NCBI RefSeq assembly: GCF_006345805.1
Contig: NC_042997.1
Location: 52,948,001 to 53,012,000 of the forward strand
DNA from: Octopus sinensis
Lineage: Eukaryota
Direction of reading: 5' to 3'
DNA length: 64,000 bases
How positions within the stretch are numbered: the stretch's first letter is position 1; each line of letters opens with the position of its first letter. Below the pieces are notes generated by a model. It was not told where the DNA came from, did not search any database, and saw only the letters and a program-made list of their open reading frames with translations. Positions 53,520 to 64,000 of this stretch are shown piece after piece. The position numbers were made by a program, and so were the translations under genes.

Positions 53520-55240
53520 ATTTTTTTTTTCAAATAAGATATCTTATATTTTACACATTTTGAAAAGCACAAGGGCAGTAATTATTTAATTGACAGGAGA
53601 AATTGCAACATCAACATTTGTAACTTATTTGTTTGGAAAAATGCAAATGTAAAGAGACACACATGCACAATCATACACACACACACACAATACACCATGT
53701 ACTTCTTATACTTTCTATCTACCAAATCCACTCATAAAGTTTTGGAGTTTTGGTTGGCCCAGAGCAATAGAAGACACTTGTTCAAGATACTGCATGGTGA
53801 TAGTTAACTAGGAAGCACATGACTTGGAAAGGATCTTCTTAATATCACATGACTTTAACACTGTGTGTGTGTTTGTGTGTGTATATGTATGTCATCATCA
53901 TTTAATGTCTGCTAAAGAAAAGATTTCTTCAGCTTCGAATGGCAGTTATGCAATTACCCTGATAATACTGTACCAACAGTAACACCAGGATGCACATTTA
54001 AGTGTGCAGTCAATGCAGTTGAAACGCATGTAGGTCCATGAAAGAATGCTGTAAATAACTATTTAATAAAGTCATAAGTGTGGAAAGCCTCCATTCTCAT
54101 TATTATTATTATTATTATTATTATTCAGTCGGATTTACCAAGCGAGAAAAATCACTAGAGTCTAGCAACTTATTGCTAACTCTAGTATCAGCAATATTCA
54201 CTGTGGTTAATCGGCATACAAAACTGATTTGAGAGGAAAAACGGTAACCCCTTACATATCCCTTTGAAATCATTTTTGAATATATATAGATATATTTGAA
54301 AGTCTATGAAGATTACCTAATAGTTTTTGAAGTGTAAAGGTGATTTAAAAAAAAACATTTAAAAAAAATTTTATGAAATCTTTTGAGGAAGTTACTAACC
54401 TGTTTTTGAGAAGATTTTTTCCTAGTGTGTGAGCACATTCATTATATATATATATACACACACATACACACACACACACATATTTATATTTATTTATATA
54501 TATATATACATACAGAGAGAGAGTGAAAAGATTTTTATTGATCTATAGATGTAGCTAGCTTTATATTCTTATTGGCATGAAATAAATGGTAAAATCCTCT
54601 TCTTGGTCTTCATTTGGAACCAAATATTTTATTTTGATGTGAACAAAACTTTGTAACATTATCATGTTGGTAGCCAAATTGTCTCAGTAATCGTTATAAG
54701 GATTAGTCGGTAAGAGGATCAATTGATTGGCAACCAGTTTGTCTATAAGATTATTTGAGTAAACAGTGATGTAGATTAAACTTAGGATTTAATAGAGATG
54801 ATCTCTGTGCAAAGCAATGTAACATTGGTGTATATGTTAGTATTGTTGGCCAGATGTGACCACATACGCTGATGTACTGCTGTTAGATTTGTCATTGATT
54901 ATAATTAATATTATTGTCAAGGTTGTATAATCAATTAGTGGTTGTGATATTTGCAGTTATAACTGAAATTACTACTGTTGCATGAATTAAACCAAGAATC
55001 CATCTTTATGCAGTTACCTGATTTGCTTGGAAAACCTACCCAAATGGTATTAAGTAGGAGTTAAAATATCATCATTATCGTCATCATTTATTGGTCCCTT
55101 TTCCATGCTTGTATGAGTCAAAAGGAATTTGTTGAGGCAAATTTTCTAAGGCAGGATGCTCTTCCTGCTGCCAACCCTCAGCTGTTTCCAAGTAAGGTAT
55201 ATTATTTTCCCATAGATAGAAATGTTTTTAATGGAATACT

Positions 55241-55590
55241 GAACATGGACAACTTCTCGAAAGAGTCCAGAAGCTGGTTACCCGCATGGTTCTTGGTCTC
55301 AAGAATTTGTCTTATTAAGAAAGGCTGAAGATGCTCGATCTTTATTCTCTAGAAAAACGCCGCCGCCGTGGTAATCTCATTCTTGCTCACAACATCATAA
55401 GCAGGAAGTGTAACCTCTCGAAGGAGCTGTTCTTCACTCCTGCTCCAGAGCGTCGGCTGTGGGGTCATTCCAAAAAGCTCTATCTGTGACGATTTCATCT
55501 CAATTGAAGGAGAGGGGCTTTCTCCGTTCGGGTTGTGGATCCGTGGAATAAGCTGCTGGACGAGATGGTGAAGATGCCCACGACCGCTGG
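55241..55590 (+). mobile_element. CR1-type LINE 3' coding fragment
   Basis: LLERVQKLVTRMVLGLKNLSY*ERLKMLDLYSLEKRRRRGNLI...GHSKKL...FSVRVVDPWNKL. Confidence 0.85.
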
Positions 55591-56179
55591 TACTTTATTT
55601 ATCGACCTCGAAAGGATGAAAAGCAAAGTCGACCTTAGCGGAATTTGAACTCAGAATGTAACGACAGACTAGGGTTAATATAATTGACAAAACTCCTCTC
55701 TGAAATTTGAGTTCTTGCGTCTATGTTAGAATTCTTGGCATTATATTTTCTGAGTTCGAATGCTGCCATGGTCAACATTACCTCTTGGGGTTGATAAAAA
55801 AGTACTAAACATAATGATACTCATTAGGCATGTATGGAACCAAGTAAAAAATATTCATTGATGCCACTTTATATCCAGCTGTATGCTGCTTTGAATTTGT
55901 TCCTTCATTTAGTTTGTCTGTAGAGTGTTCATACTTTACTTTTTATAGTTATCTCCTGATCAGCTCTCATCACGAGGACCAACCATAAAAGACTTTCTAG
56001 CTGTGATCGTCACATCTTTTTTGTATACTCAGAACAACATAATTCAATATTGTTCTGGTTGTATCCTTCCATTTTTAAGACAATATGATCTGATGGAGAT
56101 TTGGCTGATATTTCTAGCAAAATGAAAGACCACATAGAAGCTTTCTTGTTGGTTTGCTGTCCCACTTTATCTCCTCTCA

Positions 56180-56580
56180 CTTTTACCTTTAACTTGCTTC
56201 AGTCATTGGACTGTGCCCATGCTGGAACACTTCCTTGAAGGGTCTTGTCATCGATCCCAGTACTTTTTTTTTATAGTCTGGTACTTATTCTATCAGTCTC
56301 TTTTGTGGAACTACTAAGTTACAGGAATGTAAACAAACCAACACTGGTTGTCATGTGGTGGTGGGGAGACAAATATAAACTCACACACAGGTAGATATAA
56401 ATACATACATACATACCTTGTATGTGTGTGTGCACGCGCTTCAATTTCTGTCTACCAAATCCACTTACAAGGCTTTGGTTATCCTGGGCTTATAGTCAAG
56501 GACACTTACCCAAGGTTCCACACAGTGGAGCTGAACCCTGAACCATGTGGTTAAGAAGTAAACTTCTTAACACACAGCCA
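56180..56580 (-). mobile_element. SINE family B, CpG-decayed copy
   Basis: Family B body with CG changed to TG/CA. Similar decayed or partial copies at 44800-44950, 48670-48860, 49710-49862 and 62290-62445. Confidence 0.75.
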
Positions 56581-57657
56581 CATCTGCACCTTTTTATCTA
56601 TCTATTCATTATTTATTTATTTATTTAAAATGGTTGGCTATTGTGAGATGTCCTTCTGGTTGAGAACCTAGTCTATCAAAGTATCTCTGCAATTGTGATG
56701 ATGTGAAATTATAATGATATGATAGCAATTTATCATTGATGCTTGTCAAGGCTGGGTTTTTTTTTATTTATTTTTATTTTTGTTGTTTTCAAGGATTCTA
56801 ATGACTTTTTGCTTTCACTTGCACGAGATACACACATCATATGGTCTTGTGCTTGTAGAAATATAGAAACAGTGTTGCATAAAAACAGTCAAATAGAACA
56901 ATAGTTGTAAATTATTCCCAAAGGATTTTGAAGAACCAATTAGCTTAATAGCAATTTGTACCAGGCACAAATATATTCACAATCAAAGCTAATACAAATT
57001 AACAACTGCTTTTTCTATGTTATCAGTCATCAAATTGCTATTCATCTTGTCTTAGAAACTCACAAACTTTTACAAACACACATTCAGTTATTAATGCATG
57101 TTATATGTATTTGATAGACAAGTTTAACCTAACAATGACTGCCTTTGTGCTTTACATTTTCTTTTCTTCACAGTTGGCAGGAGAATGTAGATGGTAAATT
57201 TAAAAAAAAGTGCTGATATAAAAAACCTAAAAGTATTTTTTGTGTGTTTGAAGAAAATTGCAATGAGTATTTTAAATTTAGAATTTTAAGAGCACATGAA
57301 TTATCTGCCTGTTTTTCTATCAATCCACATGTGTATATAAGTGTGTACACATGCATATATAAATTTATATTGGTGTATGTATGCATGTATACACTCACAC
57401 ACATCATCGTCATCATCATCATCATTTTTATGTCTGCTTTTTCCATACTGGCATGGGTTGGATGAATCTTTTTAGGAAGTATTCTCCAGCCAACTGTCCT
57501 TCATGAAGCCAACCCTTATTTTAAAATTATCCCTCTGGTCTTTGACTGTAAAACTGCCAAGCTGTAAGTCATATTGTTTATGCAAATATCACTATTATAC
57601 AGTCAGTACCAATCAAACAAACATACATACATGTGTATACACATGCACACACACATA

Positions 57658-57962
57658 CAGTGGTTAGAGCGTCAAGCTTATGATCGTGAGGTTGTGAGTT
57701 CGAATCCAGGACCGGGCTGCGTGTTGTGTTCTTGAGCAAGGTACTTTATTTCATGTTGCTCCAGTTCACTCAGCTGCAGAAATGAGTTGCGATGTCACAG
57801 GTGCCAAGCTGTACCGGCCTTTGCCTTTCCCTTGGATAACACTGGTGGTGTGGAGAGGGGAGGCTGGTATGCATGGGCAACTGATGGTCTTCCATAAACA
57901 ACCTTGCCTGGAATTGTGCCTGGGAGGGTAAATTTCTGGGTGTAATCACATGGTCAGTCTCA
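57658..57962 (+). mobile_element. SINE family D (third tail type), 5'-clipped
   Basis: B-box GAGTTCGAATCC, CORE-like gtgttcttgagcaagg block, tail shared with 43627-43963. Confidence 0.8.
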
Positions 57963-58301
57963 GCATATATATATATGTATGTATATGATGGTCTCTCTTG
58001 TCGAAAATGATGTATGAGTGTTTAGCTTTTGCCAAATGATCTGCACAAATGATTTGTTTTATAGTGATCAAATGTGTGTACTGTACATTAGTTCACTCTC
58101 TCCATCAAATCCATGTTACCTGAACAGTTACATGGTGTACCACACACCAGGTGTTGAAGTGATTGGAGGGCAATATGTGATGAAGTGTTTTGCTCAAGAA
58201 TATAACACACCACCCTGCCAAGGAATTGAAACTACGATCTTGCGATCGTGAGTACAATGCCATGCACCCTTGCACACACACACACATGTGCGCACACACA
58301 C

Positions 58302-58998
58302 CAGGCTGAGTAAAAAAGTAAGCAACGTTTGGAAACATGAAATTCATTACAATATATTTCAACAATGCAGAAATTTTATTCATCAAAAGTAAGTACTATT
58401 ACAGTCAGCACATTTTTGCCAATGAGTTACGAATTTGTTTATTCCAGTAACATAAAAATCTGGATTTCTGGAGCTGATTAAATCTTTGAATGCACTTTCA
58501 GCATCAGTTTGATTTTTTAACTCCTCTGACAGGAAACCATCAAGGTGCTTGAAAAAGTGGTACTTAGGAGGAGAAAGGTCTGGGGAATAAGCTGAGTGGG
58601 GAAGAACTTCATAGAAGTCGAAGTTCCTTCAACTTCTGGAGCATCATTAGTGAAACGTATGGTTAAGTATTGTCATGAAGAATGATTGGCCCTCTTCTGT
58701 TGACCTGTCTGAGACAGAGGAGTAGCAGTTTTTCATTCATTTTGGCAATTTCATGGCAATATGTTTCTGCAGTAATGGTTTTTCTGGGTTTTAAAAAGTT
58801 ATAATGGATGAGTCCAGCAGTACATCACCAAACAGTCACCATAACCTTCTTTTTGAAGATCTTGGGTTTAGGGAAGGTTTTCAGTGCTTCGTTTTGGTCC
58901 AACCACTGTAAAGAATGTTTTTTTATTATTGTAGAGAATCCACTTTTTATTGCAAATTCTTTGTGGTTCAAAGCATTGCTTACTTTGTACTCAACCTG
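58302..58998 (-). mobile_element. mariner deletion derivative keeping the catalytic (DD34D-type) half
   Basis: TIRs caggctgagtaaaaaagtaagcaa / ttgcttactttgtactcaacctg. Minus strand KKWILYNN..QWLDQNEA..PKPK..KKVMVTVW..GLIHYNFLKP..GPIILHDN. Confidence 0.8.
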
Positions 58999-59132
58999 AT
59001 GTATATGAACTGGTCTTCTGTATTATTTCTATCTCCCAAAACTCACTCATAAAGTATTGGCCAACCTTGAAATCACTTGCAAAAACGAACTTCTTAATCA
59101 CACAGTCATGCACATAATGAAATGAAGAGTAG

Positions 59133-59168
<36 letters not shown>

Positions 59169-59399
59169 AAGCTGGTACTGTTTAAATATTTGATGTAAAC
59201 ATACAAGGTTTGCCAGACAACAAAGAACAAAACAAAGCTCACAGAAAACCAGGCTCCAGATAGAAAGGACGACACTCCCAGAAAAACAACACATTTACAA
59301 CTAGATAGATTGACGAAAAAAGCCATTCAATTAATTTTCAATTAATTAAACAATCCCCAATCCTAATGATGAACCCAATGCATCCATGCAAGCTACTGC

Positions 59400-59920
59400 A
59401 TGTCATTATGAGGTGGCTTCTGTTGTTACACCCATGACAGTAACCTTGGATGATATATGATGGCAGCCTTTTTGGCATCATGAGGATATCAGCTGGTTCG
59501 CCTCACCCAAATAACATTCCAGATGCAGCTGTTGATAAGGGTCAAATCCAATGAGCTAGGAAGTCACATGGTTCTGTTTGGTCTCATTGGGTATGAACTG
59601 CCCTCTCCTCATCATGTACAACTTGTACCTGATGTCTTCATGCACCACATCTGAAAGTAGGCTCTGTCACTTTGAGCTGCTCAGCAGTGGTCATCATCAA
59701 CTCACATTGGATGTTATTGATTTCCTGGACTTGCTAAATAAACTCAGCTGCTCTGAAAACATCTGGCTACCAAGAATATTTCTTTCTCTTGGACATAGGT
59801 GGCACAGGAAAACAATGAACACAGGACACCTGATTACATTCAAGAAGCTGGTAATCTGGGAGACACTGTAGTTAGCTGCTGAAGCAAGAAGCACAGCATA
59901 TTTTGCAAAAAGTTTCTCAA
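59400..59920 (+). mobile_element. Possible highly degraded Helitron helicase fragment
   Basis: YFFLLDIGGTGK resembles the Walker A context FFLDAPGGTGK and is followed by a weak RTAH-like stretch. Confidence 0.3.
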
Positions 59921-62900
59921 TTGATATATAAGTTCATTAAATATATATATATATATATATATATTAGAAGCAAAGTTTTGAAGCATCAGGTCTTTGTTAT
60001 GCCGAGCTTGCTTATCATTACTGTTTATTCTGGTATAAATAGAAATAATAACATTAATCCTACACTACATTTTGGAGAATAGATGTAGCATTTTGTCTTT
60101 TAACTACTAATTGTTAACTAGCAGGATGTTTTGGGCAATTGAATACATTTTTTTATAATCATATTTACTTCATTTAAATATAAACAAAATATAACTTCTG
60201 TGAAGGTAACACTTGTTTGGGAAATATTACTTGCTCCAGAGAATTATTAGAGGTTTTGTGTCTGTAATCTATTATGTTCATATTACATTGTTATTCAACA
60301 ACTAAGCTAATTTAAGTTTTCTCTAAGATGCATACATGCATAGCTTTATGGTGACTGACATATCTTTGTGCTTATCAGTCAATCCTCCTTTTTAATGTAA
60401 ATCATCGTTGGCATTGTTGTCATCACCATCATCATCATCATCTTGTACTCATTTTCCATACTGGTACAAGTTGGTCAGGTTTCTGTGGTCCATTTCAGTT
60501 CTTATTTACAGTTATTGCTCACTAGACATGTTGGAGGATCAGAGTTTGCTAATACATTCTGTTTTTTGTAGTTTTTACGACTGGATGCCAACTACTTTGG
60601 AGTATAGTGAATTTGTTTTGTCAATAATACCAGCATTAATTAGAGAGGTTGTCACATTCTTAATGTGATCAAATTTATTTGATCACCGATCACTTTGCCG
60701 AATATACTAAATACATTTTATTGTGGCATCAGCACATGGGAGGTGTCATGTCACCTGCCAGACTAAAGAGTTTGCTCTATTCTATGTAACTTGCATTCTT
60801 TTCTATAAGTATGAAACAGATGAGATGTAAATATGATAGGATAGGATGGTAGGGAAGAGGGGAAAATAGGGGAGATGTTAAATTCCCAAGGTTTTCTACA
60901 ACAGAATTAATGCTTCACTAAATCAGTAATGTGCAATTTTTTTCAATGTTATAGATGTGATGCATGTTAAGCATGTCTTTTGTGAAAATTGTGTCATCAC
61001 CACTCACCAGCATCATCATCGTATTCCTCCTACATAGATCAATGTTATCTCAACCAATCCAAATACTGCTCAAAAGACAATAGTGAACTTGTGCATTTTT
61101 TTCTGTAGCTCAGAAGTTAACGTTGCTTAAAATTGTTGTTTATAGCAAGATCAAATTTGATTGAGCAGGTCAATGATCTAATGCATTGGAGCTGTACCAA
61201 CTCTGTCATTTTCTATATTAGTAGCTTCATTTCTATATTAGTAGATTAAGGCAGTAATGTGTGATTTGGTTTCTATTTCTTGCAGGATGAGTGACCACAT
61301 GGAGGTTCACTTGTTGGTTTGGTTTTCTTTATGTAGCTATTTCATTCCTTCTTTTTTTTACAGCAAATAATCAATATGTCCTATTCCAAGATATCCAGGT
61401 ATCAAATTGCAGCATTCATATATTATGAGTCATCCAGGTTTTGCGTCTAAGTAAATGCCTGTATTATCCATATACACAGCCTGAACCATCCATATTCATA
61501 GCCTGAAGCATCCATTTAAAGGCACTGTGTACATACTGTTATGCAAATACTCTAAGCTTAATAAATACACATTAACCTCAAGTGTACACTTATCCACTTT
61601 TGTGTGTATACATTCATTACAATGAGTGCTTATATGAGCATTCACTTATGATCAACAACACACAAACATTACTTGTATTCATTATTGCATGTAAACACAA
61701 ACACTACCAAAGTATATACACTGATCGTTTGATTATTGACACTGTGAAGACACACACACTCACACACACGCACATACACATTGAGTTCATCTGAAGTGAG
61801 ACTCATTCATATACAGCAACTTATGTCCCAAGCACCCACATATTTCTATATACTTCATATGAACTATTTGATAAGATGTCTGTAATTGTTCTGTCAACTT
61901 TGTAAACCATCACTCTTCTACCTTGATCAGATAACCAGTTAGTGTTCTAGGCAGAGCAGTTACAATGTGGAAGCTACGTCCCACTGGGTTAAGGCATAGT
62001 TCCTTTTGTTAGAAGTACTCTTCTCTCAAGGCATATAATCTCCTTTTCACTGATCAATTTTGTCTTAGCCTCTAACTGTTAGTCCCATCTTTTAACTATC
62101 TCTTTCTCATTCTGTCTCTCTCTCTCTTTTCTCACTCTCTTTATCTCTCAGTATTTGTGTAGCTCTGTGTGCTTAAATATATTTATACATACACATATAA
62201 ATATTTATTTTCATATACACATACACACACATTTACGTATGCTTGTATATATGTTTTTACATGCACATGTGTGTGTTTGTGTGTGCAGACATGATTTCGT
62301 GGTTCAAAAGTTTGCTTCATAACCATATGGTTTCAGGTTCAGTCCCACTGCTCAGCACTGTGGGCATGTGTCTTTTATTATAGCCTCAGGTTGACTATAG
62401 CTTGTGAGTGGATTTGATAGATGGGGACTAAAAGGAAGCCTGATGTATGCATATATATGTGTGTGTACATGCACACTTATATGTGCATGCGCACACAGAC
62501 ACACTCACTCACATGCACGTGTGCACAGACACATATTTATTTTCACTAGCTTTGATTACTGGTAGACTTTTTTAGTGTTGTTTTAAAATATAATTCCACC
62601 CCACTCTTTTTTAGGTTTCCTTTGCCTCATTAAAATCATTTCTGTGGTCTTCAAAACATTTTGTTATCTTCTTTCATATATGTACGAATAAAAAAATTTG
62701 CACATTTCCAAATATAAGGAAAGGTTTTAATTATAGTCAATATTCTTGTATATGTGTGTGTCTGTGTATGTGCAAGTATGTATATGTGTGTGTATGTGTA
62801 ATTTAGGTACAATTTTTGATTGTTTGACTAACCAAATGACTGCAAATTCTTGTAATCAGTTTTGGGGTGTTGGGACATCACCTGCTCACTATGATTAACA

Positions 62901-64000
62901 CCACCTTCTCACTATGTGTGCCTTTATTTAGAGTTTGCCCTGTTGCAAGAATTCAAACCTGGGTCTTGACAAGGGCAAGGTTATTTTGACTTCAAGGTGC
63001 ACTGACTTGTTATGCATCCTTCCTTACATTTTAGAAACTAAATTTGCTCAATAATTCTCCCTCTTCTTTAAAAAAAAAATCTATGGATTCTGAGAAAACC
63101 TACCCCACTACTACATTTCACCTCTTTCTAACATGTAAACCACATATTGTATTCTTCTTTGTGACATAAATCTCTCGACCCTTCTTTTTTAACCTATAGT
63201 TCACCTCTGTTGTCTAGACTAAACTCTCTTCAGATTTTACTTCAAAATATGGTGTTTGCTCATATGTAGATTCTTCTCTCCCCATCTACTCACCTCTTTC
63301 ACTGGGATATCAGCAACAAAGATTTCCTTTTACTCTGGCTCTGAGGCTCCCTTTCTCCAAGTACATCTACTTTCTATATCTCTCATCAAACTCCTTCAAC
63401 CTCCAAAATGTTTTGACCATAATTCTTGATATATCAAGGCTATCTGTGTTACTTCATCACTTTTGACTCTTGCACTTGTCACATATTGATGCCACTGATG
63501 CAGAAACTGAATGTTTCCCACTCCTCACAATCCTCAACTCTTTACATCAACTTGATTCATCACTAACCCACATCCTTGAACAACATACTGACACTCCAAG
63601 TATACTTGTTCACTTTCTCACCTCCAAATCCAACCTCTACAGTCTTTGCACTTATTGGGTCATATGATCACTGTCTCAGTGTGATTAACACAGGCACATC
63701 CTATGAAGTGCCTTCCACCTCCTGAACTCTAGTCCAAGCCAGCTGACTGGTAGGAGCTCTGACAGCTCTATGCTATCACTGGCAGCATATGTGTGTATAT
63801 ATACACACACACTCATACACTCACACACATCAATCCTGAACTATCAGGAGCAGCCATATGAACTCATCCTCTTAGGCTTGTCCTTGCACATCCTATACAC
63901 AACCAAAACTCATATCCCCATGTCCCCTAAGTGGTTTAGCCATAACTGCACTGCAGCAGTTTGGGTTAGAAATACTGCCTAGGCCACTTGGAGAAAATCA

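Larger units (their letters stand above)
31797..64000 (+). other. Intron 1 of the ZNRF3-like gene (runs beyond the window)
   Basis: GT donor at 31797. No downstream HPL-x-LC...GWVGVVKL-like exon 2 found by eye in the remaining 32 kb. Confidence 0.6.

Noticed and set aside
54560-55040. AT-rich stretch that looked like a mitochondrial insertion or coding remnant
   Set aside because: No recognisable mitochondrial or transposase motif in any frame examined.
59376-59400. atgcatcca (MHP) as ZNRF3 exon 2
   Set aside because: No acceptor AG or pyrimidine tract precedes it, and the downstream residues (CKLLHVIMRW) do not resemble LGLCN...GWVGVVKL.
63200-63700. C/T-rich stretch suggesting a LINE or Penelope coding remnant
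   Set aside because: No diagnostic motif could be read in any frame.

Overview
AT-rich, microsatellite-dense animal genomic DNA, most likely an octopodid cephalopod (inferred from the tRNA-derived SINE families and the repeat load; not verifiable here). One host gene is supported. It is a 156-codon first coding exon (31329-31796, +) of a ZNRF3/RNF43-type transmembrane RING E3 ligase, a Wnt-receptor antagonist. The exon carries an approximately 73-aa Pro/Gly-rich insertion in the ectodomain and is preceded by a uORF whose stop overlaps the start (ATGA). No second exon was found, so intron 1 appears to be at least 32 kb. The rest is mobile-element debris: several SINE families, a CR1-group LINE that shares its 3' stem-loop with one SINE family, two hAT remnants, two mariner deletion derivatives, a Chapaev3-like element, a Merlin-like MITE and several Helitrons. 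Penelope-type tails carry minimal hammerhead-ribozyme motifs, two of them in a 444-bp foldback built around a tRNA-like head. CpG density drops abruptly about 5-6-fold near 42 kb, consistent with the start of gene-body methylation. No rRNA, intact tRNA or CRISPR array was seen. Most ORF-track entries are microsatellite artefacts. All alignments and counts were done by eye.
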